A stretch of 61,680 bases of DNA, filler included, from Choristocarpus tenellus KU-1152 (GCA_964200185.2; 10 parts of 10 records of this genome joined end to end with filler, not necessarily neighbours in it); one strand, 5' to 3'. Shown: positions 36,808-50,413, counted from the first letter of the whole stretch. Translations and numbers: made by a program. The notes: generated by a model from the letters alone, not told the origin.

Positions 36808-39063
36808 TCAACTTTCCCCTCATTCCTGCAGAAGGTGCTATTGAAGGGCTTGTGTTGTTGCCACTACTGCTGCTGCTGAGGGTGAGCATGTATCTGGAAG
36901 GAGGACTGATCCGATTTTGTGCTGAGGAAGGAAAAGATAAAGATAATCAGGGTGGGCTTCAGTAACAGAAAGGATCTTTATTGAGCTGAATCCACAGGTA
37001 ATCCTTCTTACATGCTTACACCATATGTCACCCTTGCCGACATGGCAGTCATCCCAGCATGAGGAAATGGTGAGAATCACCCTATTGAATCATGGTGGAA
37101 CGGCAAAAGTGGGATTGAAGAGGGCAAGCATTGCAATGGCCACCAGCTGGACATAGAGGGATGCATACATGGTTGACTGTGGATGACCATAAGAGCTAGG
37201 TGGGGCCAGTAATCAACCCCTTTGCGGTAGGACTGTCAGTGATGCAATCACTACTGTCAAGCACCTTCTGTAAGAACATTGTGTGCATGCTTGCAAATTA
37301 AGAGACACATGATCTGTAAAGTGTGGTAAATTTGATTGGAAAGATGTTGATAGTGGGCAAATGTGAATGATTTTCCCCCCAAGCTCAAGTATCTACGGGA
37401 AAAAGCAAGATAAAGGAATAGTTGAATGTGTTGGGGCCCTACAACCCAAGTCATAATACAGCTCAAACAGTACAATCCATATATATAGACATACATGTGC
37501 CAATTCTCAGCAGGGCCAGGTGCTGTTGCAACTCGCTATACTGGAGTCCTTGCAGAAGGTCATTTGTGAAGAACAGAGATCATTCCAATAGATTGGTTAA
37601 ACCGTAAATAATCTTAAAGATGCTCAGATCAGAGTTGGGGATGCAAAACTGTGATCAGATAGAGGCGGAAATATGAAAAGTAATGGACAAATGTGACAGT
37701 GTATGTTTTTACCTTTTCCTTGGGGTGCTATCTATCATCAAGGAAATGATAAGGCACCATGATAAGACCAGGTGGGTGCCATCTCTTGGATTGCAGTCAC
37801 CATATTTTCTACTAAATCTATACCGTGTCAAGGGGTGGTGGTCTACATTAGGTGTTGGCTATTATAGCACCTACATAAAATGGAAAAAAAATAATTGAGA
37901 AATGATCCATGTTCCCCTGAACCAAGCCCAACCTGCCTCTTGTCGCCTGCCACGTTGACCAAGCCAAAGCTGGTGCGTTCTCTGTCTGAAAATCTATTCC
38001 ATTGCTTCCATATTGCATGACCAAAATGGCTGTACACAATTGGAATCAACGACCTGACTAAGGTACAACATTCAAGTCATGCACACTAATATAAAAACGA
38101 TAATACCAATAAGGAAGGATAATGAGATGATTGTTGCAAGCCAAGGCTGGTTGTGTGTAGTAGATGAGGCCATCTCTCCGGTCCATTCCCCACCCTCCTG
38201 GTGTTTTCCATGTCCCCAAAGTTTGGTGTATTGCTCCAGATGTCGGGGGGCATCGAAGCAGGTCTGCTTGACATCGTAGGAGTTCGCCTTTTAAGATAGG
38301 GGGGTAGGTCAGTGATGTGAAATTTTATGTGAGCAATTTTCTATCATTCATTAAAAAAATGTGAATGACAGATGACTTCTTAAAGTCAGAGGCTTAGATG
38401 TACGCTTCTTCATAGTTCGAAGTCAATGCTTGAGAAATTGCTGCGTGATGTGCACACTTGCACCAAATCTGATCAAGTCGAGTAGTTAGTTGGTGGCCCC
38501 AGTAGAGTTCTCAAATGATTGACATGTTTGGCGTACGAAGTTGATATACAAGTCACAGGCACAAGCGAAGAAGTCGTAAATCGCGCATGTATGGGACTGT
38601 TCGTGGCTCCTTGTTTGCATTCTGAGAAGAATATCACCTCCTCGTTTGGCCTATCCCCGAAAAAAGATCGACGGCCCTGCCATGGGGAGACCGTTCCAAA
38701 GATAAAGAGGAAGCTGAGGAATACCACCATTCCACAGCTTCTACTCCTTTGTTTCTTCTTCGCTTTCCATCTTCGCATCGCTTTGCTATACCCTCGGGTG
38801 TACTTATTGTCGAAGAGCAGAAAATATTTTGGCTATACTGTACCACCTTTTTACAGAGATGTCTGAATGGTGACAGAGATACATAAGTTTAGATTAAATG
38901 TTCATTATTCAAACGGTTACTTTTCCGTTTTCCATTTGTTTTTGTTGATGGTTTTGTAGGTTGGTATGTACTTTTAAAATGACACTATTATACATGCATA
39001 TCTTCCCTATATGGCACTGTTTATACCTAGTTTTCTTGGTCAGTCACGGCCCAAAATAGGCTG

Positions 39064-42000
39064 ATGGCTGTCACTGATATAACTGAGCGCGGTGATGACG
39101 CCAGACGAGACCACCAGCGCGGGGTTACCTCGTCCCCTCGTTTGCCCAACCTTTCAGGTCAACAACAAACGACGTCTTTCAAAATACGTGCCAGGTTTGT
39201 CCCTCCATTTACCCGGGTCTCCAAGATACAACATCAACTACTCAAGCCCGTGAGGTTAAACAGGTATAGCTGGGTCACAGTTACCCCTCTGCGGTCTCGA
39301 GGTTGTCATATTTGATCACCCTGCGCCTCATGTAGAGTTCGACATCCCTGTCAGCCCCCCCATGTTCCACACACAACCTTATATTATAGATCGAGAAACA
39401 GAGACGTCACCAACTCCAAATGCTAACCTAATTGTTCGACCTTACCTTTCTTTCTAGGCCCCGAATACCAGGACATCCCGGCGCACCACCACCAGCACCA
39501 GCGTCTGTCAAGAAAATACGCAAGCGTCGAGCAAGCCCAACAGAATTAACCTCTACTTCCTTAGAAAGGGTGACGACGGTACTTCCTTGCCACAAACCCG
39601 AGCTTTGCTCTCAGCTAAACGGCGAAAGGATTAGGCGGCAGGCAAAAGCAGATCCTAGCATGAGAAAGGCACAGTCGTTCCCCGTACCCACTTGTAAGGA
39701 GTACGAGATGCCGAAGTTGAAGTCGACCAATTGTGGTGGGTTTCACTCACACCCACAGTTAACCCAACGAATCCATAATTCAGCAATCGAAGGGAAAACA
39801 CACGGCGCCTGTGTCAATATCACTAATGCCGAGCGTTCTATTATGTGTGAAAAATATCAATGTGAGGGGGCTATGGTCTACCGTCACATTGGTGGGACTG
39901 TGGATTCAAGAGAAACAGTGCGTTCCCGTTCCTGTTCTGACATTGCTATTTGTGGTGAGTCCACAAGTGATGTGGACGAGAACCTCAAAAAGATCGCTGC
40001 TGATCTTGAGTTGCGTTCAAGTAACAACATACCCGGAATAGCCAAGGATTCTGACCTGGCTCCCATGATTATAGATACAGGGGGATCAGCACAGGTATCA
40101 CCCAGAACCATCTCCAGTGACATCGATTGCAGTGAGGGACCAAGCAAGGCCACGTCACCAGCTGCTCTGGTCCTGGATTGTTCCTGCCACACCAAGAGAG
40201 AAGAGAGTAGAGCAAGTACCATCAGAGCTAGTGCAAGTTCAGCTGTGGATTGGAACAATTACACTGTCAGGGATGCCTTGACTGTACCTCACACCAGAGA
40301 AGAACCGCCAGAGCCCAGTTTTATCAAGGGTCAGCAAGATTTAGGATGTGGAGTGTTTCAGGTGAGCTGGTTAACATTGTCTCTGAAGACGAAAACGTAA
40401 AAACTCCCCTCTTGCTGCATGAAGAGATTTTGATTAGAAGGGACTACCTGGCTCAACGAATTTCTATACAGAGGGACAATGATATGCCATTTGGGGTATC
40501 AATGGCGGGCGTGCTTCTGAATTTTCAGACATCAGAGGCTTAGCCTCTTGTGTCAGACAGTCCATCCGCCACCAGCCCCACTGAATAATTTAATTTTATT
40601 CCTTCTACCAGTGGGCAATGCCACACCTGCAACTGTTTTTCATCATTCCTCCACCCCCACTACTTCCTGCACTCTGCCCCTGTGATAAGTTTCGAGCAAT
40701 TTCCCGTAAGGTGCTATGCAGGCCCTACAGAAAAAATCACAGCAATTGCCAAAAACGTCGCACCAGTCTCACCCCTGGGAGACGAGGTGGACATCCTGTT
40801 GGGGTAGCATGTTCCAAACAAAGGGTAACAGGGGTGCAACCAGAGACTTACGGAGGGAAGCATAACTTTAAGGATCCAATCAAGAAGAACTGGCAGCAGG
40901 AGGAGGAGGAGGAGGAGGAGGAGGGGAAAGGAAAGGGAGGAGGCTCAATAAGAGACGAGTGTGAAGGTGATACAAAAATGCATCAAGGAAGCAGCCAAAA
41001 CCCCCATGAACCCTTATTTTCATGTGGGAACCTCAGGGGCAAGAAGACGACAAAGGAAGGTAGATTTGCAAGGGAAGAGGAGAAGTACCACTTTGATCTG
41101 TGCCAGATCCAGCAGTCAGGAGTCGTGACGCACTTGGAGAAAAGGAAGGCATGGATGAAGTCCCTGACCCGCCACGTTACTCACTGTATTTGTGAGCAGT
41201 GCCGAAGAATTCGTTCCCAACGACCCGAGGGCTCAAGACCCCAACCTAAGTTCAAGATTGTAGGAGGGGAGTCAAGGTTGGTTGCCGCTACGCTAGAGGC
41301 TCATGGTTTTCGTCAGACACATGGGGGACGTGGGTGGCGCCTGTTGTGGTCGTCGCAGCACCTGAGGTTCGTTGTTCCATCCTACATTGACTGGAAGTTC
41401 TGCACCAACTTTGGTCAGGTGGCCTTACATCCTTCCATTTTTTTTTTTCCCTGAGACAACAGTCCTGTTTCTACACTGGCTCTGTAGTCTTGTCTAAACC
41501 CGTCTTGTCTATCCCATTTTGTTCTTACAAGGCAAAACATCTAGGGGATGGGGAAATTTTCAAGCAAATGCACCCTATTGTCTAGTTGTCATCCATTGTA
41601 TGAAATTTGATTGATACAAATAAACCTGTGGGTATTGTCTCATCTCCTCTTGTTCTGTTCTTATCATGGCACAAATTGGAATCATTAGGCTATTAATATA
41701 TCTAATGTATGTGTATGTGTGTGTTGTTCTGTTGACCTTAATTGTGTCACCTCTTACCCCCACATATCCCTCTCTCACAACCTTCATTTCTATGCCCCCA
41801 TGCTATGCACGGGGGAGTCAATCTCTTTGCTTCAGGCCATGCTCTTTCCGTGGCTTAAGGGGTGGTCAGCATGTGAACAGCTTTCCAAGGTGTACAAAAA
41901 GCTACATTTTTCCTTTCTTTCTATCTACATGAAAGTGATAGCACAAATTATCTTAGAGGGTAGGGCCGCGTCCATTTGGGGGACAAAATCCAATGTTGCA

Positions 42001-44027
42001 ATTTTGATGTAATTTCGGCCATTGTGTTTGTTAGAAAGTGTCAATATCCTTGTTCCGAACACAGCTTTTCATAACGTATACATCTTACCTACTCAGAAAT
42101 ATTTTGGAGTAGGAAAATGTCATTAAAAAAAACATGGGAAGCCAAGCCCCAAATGGACAAAAAGGGCAAAACCTGTACCCTCTAAGATACTTTCACTCTG
42201 ATGTCATCTGACTGTGTTCCCAGCTTTTTGCATTGATGACTAAACCGTTGAGGTTGTGAAGTACAACAATGATGAAGTGCTACCATTGAGTGCAGTAGGT
42301 TGGTGGGTGTTGTTGTTCTACATCTTTTTCTTTCCGATCTCTCTGCCAGTATGTGTCGTTGCATGGTTTGCTAGTCTCAAGATCACACAAAGTGTTCTAA
42401 TTACAATTAGTCTTCTTGGTACGATTGTGTATCGCACAATTACACTGGAGTGTTACTAGAGTACTTACAAAGAAGAAACACAGAGTACACACACACACAC
42501 ACACATGAAGAAATAATCACTTGTTAGTTCAGCACTACAATGTATTTACAGTGGTAATACTGGACGCGACAGAATCGGTGAACAAGTTTTGTTTCTACAA
42601 AATCAGAAAAAAAACACAAGTTTCGCCCCAGGACACCCTGCTGTCCCTTCCATGTACGGTCACATGATAGCAAGTGGCGCTGTCGCCGATTTCCACTGCT
42701 GTACTGGATCTATCAAATGGGCCTATTTGCCGTTCCCTTCTTATGGATGAACTCCTCTCAACTCAACTCCCAGGACGTACGAGTGCACTCGCAAGGATGC
42801 CCTCTCGCGGAACATAAACCGCATGAGCCAGGTGCATGGGCAAAGGTATTTTCACTTCATGCCTCAAAGCTTTGTCCTACCTGCTGGTGAGAGAACTGCC
42901 ACTGCTGTGCATAGCACTGTATTATACTGCATCAACTAGCTGAAGGAGAAAGCCTCCGACATAGGTTTTTCCAGCTGGAATCGCCGGATGGACTTTAACA
43001 CCGTCACATTTAGTAGTTTGTGGAGTTTGTGCTGTATACGGCGTGTAAGAGAGGAGGTGTTGGTTTATAGTGAAATGTCAACACAATTGGGGGTACAAGT
43101 GCCTTAAGTGGGCAGAACAAGGTACTGGGGTGATTAAACATTATGTATGGAATAGTAGCTGTCACGGCAACTACTGTTGTGCCATGCGGTTTGTTGAAGA
43201 CGTTTGCGCACCCATTGACCCCCCATTATGTGCTACTACCGCTTCAAAACTATAGTAGCAGGGGCAACAATCCAGACAAGACAGTGAACAAGTAGTCGAA
43301 CTCAGATGGTAAAATAGATCAAGCAAAAGCAAGGTCATGAAGAAAGGAATGTAGATTAAACACACTCCAAGCACTAACTCCGACGATCTGTGGTCCCTCG
43401 AAATTGAAAAATACAGCCTTTAAAAAAAGATGTACCTTTAATTTCTACAACAGAACAAACTATTAGCACAAAGGCCTTGCTGTCTCTGGTAAATCATATT
43501 AGTTTCGGTGTCTGAACTGTCTCCCTTTAGGGCTGTACGTAGATGCAAAAAAATATTTTTCTTAGGCTTTCATTTCACCCGAGGATTTTTGTAGTCCCCG
43601 TACTTGCCTTGAGGATTAGGGTTTGTGTTCGTTTCACCTGCCTATTTGGGGAGGTCGAAAGGATCAAGGAAAGCACTATCATGTAGTGAACGTAAGAACC
43701 CTCCTGCCAGGGGACACCTTAGAGTGGACTGCAGTGTGGGAATTGAAGTGACTTCAAAAGTGTTCAATGGCACACAGTATCCACCATTACCTGAAAATCT
43801 GAAGGAGAGCTTGATGTCATAAGAAAGACAGTCATGTTCAGAGAAGTCGGTCCATTCCCCACCCTATTTTTTTTGCCTCAAATATCGTGGCTCATGATGT
43901 ACATCAGAAAAGCAAGGTCTGCTGGAGGCCATGGAAGCAACGCCTGGAAGGCCATGGATCGTGAAACCAGCCAGCTCTGCGTGTGGGAAGGGAATCTTCA
44001 TCACATGTCAGTTCAAAGACATGCCAG
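39064..44027 (+). CDS. Tubulin-tyrosine-ligase-like polyglutamylase (TTLL4/TTLL5-like), 3'-incomplete
   Basis: Exons 39064-39263, 39458-40361, ~40612/40711-41366, 41836-41889, 42774-42886 and 43908-44027 give LEAHGFRQT..WRLLWSSQHLR..QHVNSFPRTYECTRKDAL..FHFMPQSFVLP..WIVKPASSACGKGIF. Confidence 0.9.
41939..42198. mobile_element. 260-bp MITE in a TTLL intron, TSD TGA
   Basis: TGA|TAGCACAAATTATCTTAGAGGGTA...TACCCTCTAAGATACTTTCACTC|TGA. Confidence 0.9.
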
Positions 44028-45133
44028 GTGAGGACCTCGCCGCTACTGCCCTTTCACAGGCATAATCATGCCTGTGAAAAAAAGAATAAGTCAACACGCC
44101 TGCCTACCTCATCCAAATCAACTCTTCGTGTCAACTCTACCTCACACGCACGAGCTGCTACGTAAACTCTTGTACCAACCCACATCAACAACCTCACCAA
44201 AATTTACGCTGTGTCCATTTCACCCGTTGAAATAAATAAATATCTTATCCAAAGCGGTAAAGTTAACCTGGTAGAACAATATGGATCATCATGGTTGACC
44301 CTTAAATCTAGAGAAGCGAAATTTCGTATTGAGATGATTGGAAGTGTACATAGCTAGATGGTTGTGACTGTTGGTAGTTGTAACTGCCATCGGACACCCT
44401 ACCTCCCTCTCTGAAAGCACCTGTAGAAACATGAAGGACCCATGCATATGCAACAGAGGGATTCAGCCAGCCATCCACAGCAGGTCAGCAGACTAAGCAA
44501 CAAATATTGAACCAAATCACGTATCAAAGAAAGTGTTCACACAAACACACACACACACACACACACAAACACACAAACACACAACAAATGGGAAACAAAG
44601 GTCTGCTTCGATCTGATACACCAACCAAACCGATGAGAACTGTAGGAGGAGTGATGAAAAGTATTTGCTTTGTTTTGAAGCTATAAAAGCGATCAGATCA
44701 AGGGGGGTGTAGGGGACATGTGCTCAGAGAAATAAATGCACTATTTGAATGGTCTAAGAATTACATTTCCTCCGAAAATAAGGGGCATTTTCTCAACAAG
44801 TTTGGAAATATATATATATATATATTTGTGTGTGTGTGTATAAAATGAGGGAAATGGTTCATGGTACTCTGGAGCCCATTGTCTTAGTTCAAGAAAGAGC
44901 ACATTAGGTTGTGGTTGCAAGATCAGGATTCAATGCTTCAATCTTTCACCACGTTTTTTTATGCGAGCAAGACTGCCTTTTGATACCTTCCTACCTTCCC
45001 TGGCATACCTCCCCCCCCCCCACACAGCACCCCNNNNNNNNNNNNNNNNNNNNNNNNNNNNNNNNNNNNNNNNNNNNTTAATTAATTAANNNNNNNNNNN
45101 NNNNNNNNNNNNNNNNNNNNNNNNNNNNNNNNN

Positions 45134-45325
45134 GGGGGGGGGGGGAGGGGGGGAAAGAGTCTACACCAGAGTGGAGTCTACATCAGAGTGTCCATTTGGT
45201 CCAAAACCAGAAAAAGTGCACTTCCATTATCCATTCAACGTATGGAACCAAATCACACAAAAATCGTGACATGAAAAGAATGACCCCAAATGGACAGCCC
45301 CCACCCTTCCTAGATACTCTGAGCC
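45134..45325. mobile_element. Related MITE subfamily, starting in poly-G at a contig start
   Basis: GTCTACACCAG (as at ~36642), subterminal GTCCATTTGG/CCAAATGGAC, terminus AGATACTCTGAGCC. Confidence 0.75.
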
Positions 45326-48202
45326 AGGATAGAACAGATGTGCAATCCGTAGTGCTTGCCAGGTGGACTTTGGATAATCATAACCATAACTCCATGGAAA
45401 GAGGTCTCGACGGGTTTGAAACCCACAAAATTAATGCAGGGAGCAGGGAGCAGGGAACAGCCTCGGCAAGCACTGATTCATGAGGGGACTCTAATAGCAG
45501 CTATCAAAAGGTCTCACATGGTCCATTTTGTAGAACGAATCCAATAACAACATCCTCATCATAGGAGCAAAAAAACAACAACAGGTACTTGCTACTGCTG
45601 TCTGTATCGTATGCAGTAAGTACGGTCTCGTGTACCTTTTGGTGACGATATATATATATGATGGAGGTGCGCTTGGTGAAGAGGATATGAGTCAAGCTGA
45701 CTTAAAATACTCGACAGAGGGTGCTACCATGGTAGAGATGTAGCATAGGCATGCCCAACAGGAACAAACAAAAAAAGTCACTAAAAAGTCCAACCGCGGT
45801 GAAGCTCATACATCCCCAGTCTCCTTTGAAGCAAAAATAACAATATCAAGAAGTTCATGGGTCTTGCAAAAAATAAAGATATCGTGTGATGGGTCAGCAG
45901 GTGGCTTGGTGGGCAGACAAGGCCGGTTCGCTGGGCCTCGATCACTAGGATCACCCCTTTCCATATATGTGGAAACCCCCATACATATGCTGCATCAACA
46001 TACTATAATGCTGTCCACTCCACCAATCCACACATACATCCACACCAACACCAGACACTAAGGCAACTAACCAACCCTAAACCTGCAACCCGTAAGCCAA
46101 AGGACCACAGGGCGGCAATGACTCAACAGTGCCACCATTTCCTGACAGTGTTGTACTGGTGTTGCAAAACAGGGTACATCGAAAAATTCCAATATCAATA
46201 TTTCTGACATATCAACATAGCGTTCAAGGACACCAGACAAGAAAAAAGAAAAAAGGCTTCTCAGCAGGCACATTCAAGGATCAAAGTAATCCTAACCAGA
46301 CATGTCTGAAAAAAAAAAAAAAGACGACCGATTGAAAAGTGCAAACACCATGTAACACTCGACACTATTTCAGTGCACTCAATGCACTCAAAAGTGTTTT
46401 GAGTTGGGTTTTTTTAAACGCATCTATTTTGTGTTATAAGTCGGATGAAGATGATTACTGGAGAGGAACAAAGTGTGAGCGCAGCAGCAAACCACATGTA
46501 ATCCCGAGCTTATGTTTCGCAATGTTGCTGTGAGGAAACACCAACCATGATTGGAAAGTTCATTACAGGTTCTCCAACTACGCATACAAACAGCAAATAA
46601 AGAAATCTACTAAGGTTTAGAAATTTTGGCTCATTAGAGAACTCGACTCAACAAAAAATATATATTAAAAAAAAAAAAAAAACACTTAGACTTGATCGAA
46701 TTGTCACGATTTACCAAACTATTATCAGGCATTAAAGCATTATTGTTGTCTGCACAAAAAGAAGGAATAGTGACAATCGAACTCTCAACCTCCACCTTCC
46801 ATGAGGTAATCACGCCTCCACCTTCGAGATGGAGAACGGTGATTCCTCTTCTATTTAAACAAATTGTGAGAGTGCCTTATGATCAGTGGTTATGGAGACT
46901 GCTGGGGCTCCCTGCATAAACTTCTCCGGTTCAAACCCCGTCAATGCCAGACCTTTTTTTCTTCATTAAATCTGCTTTTTGATTGTCCAAAACCACATGT
47001 GGCAAGCACTACAGGGTGTACACCCGTATACCCTATCTGTCACTATACAAAACAATGGACCAAAAACGAGGTGGCACTGCTTCATTGCTGACTGACACAG
47101 AAGTGGGTTCAGCACAAGATTCAAGGGAGGAGGCGGTGGGGTGAGTGGTGGGATGGCTGAACCCATCACATGAGAAGCAAGGCAGGAAGGGAGGCAGGAA
47201 GCAGAACTAGAACCAGTGCAATAGTTATAGTGTCTAGTAAGAACTAGTAGATGGTCAACCTATGTCTTACTACAGGAATCAGGCGATTCTAATTCAGTAG
47301 AAATGCATAGTACCATGCATAACAACCATTTCTTCAACCAAAATGAAGGATGAACTACCACACCAAGTAGCATCAGGAAGAACGAACTGGCCTGTCTCAA
47401 ATGTCGCCTCTACTGAAGTGGGTGGGCTAAAAAAAATAAAAATAGCAAAAATATTCTCCTCCAGTGTCACCCTGCCTCTTGAGCACCCTCTGTACATAGC
47501 AACCTGTACACTGTGAGGGGCGGCCACCTAAAACACATAGTTAGTGGCTGACATACACATGGGTATAAACATTGCCCACTATCAAAGCTCTGGCAGTGTC
47601 CTACAGTTCCGAATTTCGGTATGCTGCACAAGATGCGAAGCGAAAGTGCAATGCGTGGCACTCACATCATGGATCAGGATAGTACCTATAAATAGATTAA
47701 AGAAATACTATACAAAAGTAGGAATTGAGCGATTTGCAACCAACATCTCAAATAGAACCATATAAATAAGACTGGCAGACCGCTGACTAGTCAGTAAAAA
47801 CTCTGGAATTCCACCAAGAAAAAAGTAGGTCAAAAGCGAAGCTGCCAACCGATTCCTCCCCACCGGCGATTAAATTCTTGATCTGAAGCAGTTAGTTGGC
47901 GGGTGGTGCTATCCCTTCTCTATCATTCCTTACTACCCACCCATACCGTTGGGGATTGGAGACTGGAGACAGGGGACTGGGGACTGGGGACTGGGGACTG
48001 GAATATATATTTCATTGTAGGATTCTGACGGCAGATCAGGGAATCGTGTGGTCTGTTTGAAAGGAGACAAAGTGATTCAAGGACTGCTCTGTGTGGAGGG
48101 TGNNNNNNNNNNNNNNNNNNNNNNNNNNNNNNNNNNNNNNNNNNNNTTAATTAATTAANNNNNNNNNNNNNNNNNNNNNNNNNNNNNNNNNNNNNNNNNN
48201 NN

Positions 48203-49466
48203 CTGACGTTCGATAATCTGGGAATTGGGTTTGAGTTGTACATCCTGGAAGGTGAGCATTGAGGGGCGCCTGTAACAGAGGCACATTCCCAAAGTGATGT
48301 TCATCTCCGCCGTTTCGCACTCAGATCCTTCCTGTGATTTCGACGCCAAGATCAGGATCTGGCGGGTTTGTGTTATGAAGGAGGCGCAAAGGACTACAGA
48401 GTGGCGCACGAAGGGCAAGGAGTACAAGGTCGACCTCACCGTTGACACTGAGTGGTACATAGAGCAGCTGTCGCCAGTGATCAAGGAAAAATTTGCCGTG
48501 GCTGGAATTGGGGGGGGGGGGGGGCATATAGGAGGAGCAAGGAGAAATTGTGGGGGGGTGGAAGTGGGGGGGGGGGGTCATATAGGAGGACAGCATGACC
48601 CTGCATACAGGCAAAGGCACAGGGCAGACCATGAACACAACAGGGAGGGAGGACAGATGGGAAATTAAGCTCTTGACGCAGCCAGTGCAGTCGCTGGATC
48701 TCAACATCAACAATTTGGATTCTTTTCGCATCCCTGAGTTTGGGCAGAGTATTACGGTACCATTGATGATCTTGTAGATGGGGTTAAGAGCTGTTACAAA
48801 ACGCTCCTCAAGCTTCCCGTGATGGGATATGCAGCTTCAATCCATAAGCATGCATGTAAACTATCAAGCTCATACTAGGCTCCATGATGCACAAGTCATC
48901 AGGTGTGCCAGATCTCTAACTTCGATTATTCACTCCAAAGGTACTATCATCATCATCAAATATAAAAGGAACTAGCAACAATATACCCCCTCAATGGGGC
49001 ATGATAACTGCTAAAAAATAAGAATTTTGTCAAGAATTACAAATATATCAAATCTAGAACTTCAAGGTCATAATGGCGTTTGTGAAACCGCCATCAAGAT
49101 ATATTGCCTGTAACAGAGCATGTTCCAAGCGTACGACACAGGTAAACTCGAGAGGGTGTGTCAAAATTATATTAAAGAGATTCAATAAGGCGTTAAGAAC
49201 GCTTGGGGGGAACGATTTCGAGGTAAAGCACACAGGGACCAAAAAGAGACAGCAGGACGGCGGGTTAGCTAGAGTGGTCAAAGTAGACCGAGTCGCCTAC
49301 AAAGCGGCGCTGAATTGGTGGACTGATGGTGTTGAAAAAAGGCGAGACATGATTATTTGGTGTGGAATATTGTAAGAAATCCAACGCAAAAAACAGTTTT
49401 GTAATCGGAAACCATCTCGAAGAACGCTACACCTTTTAATGGCGCAGAGGTAGGGGACAGAGGGGG
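48203..49466 (+). mobile_element. Decayed plant-type (DD39D-like) Tc1/mariner transposon with right TIR
   Basis: HIPKVMFISAV..FDAKIRIW..V...WY....PVIKEKF, IKLLTQPVQSLDLNINNL (QP.NSPD.N.LD motif) and C-terminal GGNDFEVKHTG..G.LAR. TIR GGGACAGAGGGGG|TA at 49454-49468. Confidence 0.88.
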
Positions 49467-49590
49467 TATAATTAATAGTATCACTATCTCTATGTGAATA
49501 TCAACAACCAACATTGTGTGACTTCGACCAGATTCGAACCAGAGCATTCTAACAGAAATACATATTCAGTACATCTACACAACGAGTAAT

Positions 49591-49596
49591 AAAAAA
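49591..49596 (-). terminator. Pol III oligo-T terminator of the tRNA gene
   Basis: TTTTTT one base after the discriminator on the minus strand. Confidence 0.7.
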
Positions 49597-49597
49597 T

Positions 49598-49671
49598 TGC
49601 TTCGAATGTGAGTCGAACACATGGCCTTACGAGCTTCAGTCGTACGCTCTAACCAACTGAGCTACCGAAGC
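49598..49671 (-). tRNA. tRNA-Phe (GAA)
   Basis: GCTTCGGTAGCTCAGTTGGTTAGAGCGTACGACTGAAGCTCGTAAGGCCATGTGTTCGACTCACATTCGAAGCA folds into a full cloverleaf: 7-bp acceptor stem, GCTC/GAGC, TACGA/TCGTA and ATGTG/CACAT. Confidence 0.9.
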
Positions 49672-50148
49672 ATCTGCAATTATTCAATATTCTTGTGACG
49701 TGAACTGTAAATGGTAAATTCACTCCACATATCCGTACACCACACACAAACGCATGAAGACCGAAGTCAAGATCCAAATGTAAATCTGTAAACTTCGAGG
49801 TCACGAGCCGACAATCCATGGGTCAGCATCATCACCTATCATTATCTGACAGCATCATTGGTGTGGAACGGGTGCATCACACCATAACCAGATTGACCTA
49901 CAGAAGGAGCTCACACACTTCTTGGACATCGCAATTGGACAGTCAGGACCTGGCACACTGGAACGTGCTTGTTCTCCAGTCTCGCCTCGAGGTTCGTATG
50001 GATTGCATGGTTGCGCATTTCACATAAGCCCATTGGTACAGTATTATTAAGAGATGTCAGAATCCTTATCATCCAACTACAGCGGAGAAGGTGACAGAGT
50101 GTTAGGATAAAACATAGATGAAGGTCGCGCCACTAAGGGGGGTGGACA

Positions 50149-50413
50149 GAGTCAAAGTATCTTCGAGGGTAGAGCCGCGTCCATTTGGGGGCCAAAATCC
50201 AATGTTGCAATTTTGATGTAATTTTGGCTATCATGTTTGTTAGGAGATGTCAATATCCTTGTTCTGCACACACCTTTTCATTCATAATAATGTAGACAAT
50301 TTACCTACTCCGGAACATCTTGGAATAGGTAAAATGTCATTAAAAACCCGTGGGAAGCCAAGTCCTAATGGACAAACAGGGCAAAAATCGCACCCTCTAA
50401 GATACTTTCACTC
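50149..50413. mobile_element. Complete 265-bp MITE, TSD ACA
   Basis: ACA|GAGTCAAAGTATCTTCGAGGGT...ACCCTCTAAGATACTTTCACTC|ACA. Confidence 0.93.

Noticed and set aside
36830-38870. Possible multi-exon gene on the minus strand upstream of TTLL
   Set aside because: Several exon-like segments exist, but I could not join them into a consistent open frame or recognise a domain.
45400-47700. Exon-like segments on the minus strand of contig 6
   Set aside because: No consistent frame or recognisable protein motif.
47951-48001. (GGGGACT)n heptamer run and other microsatellites (CA, TG, AT, GATA, poly-T)
   Set aside because: Ordinary simple repeats with no further structure.
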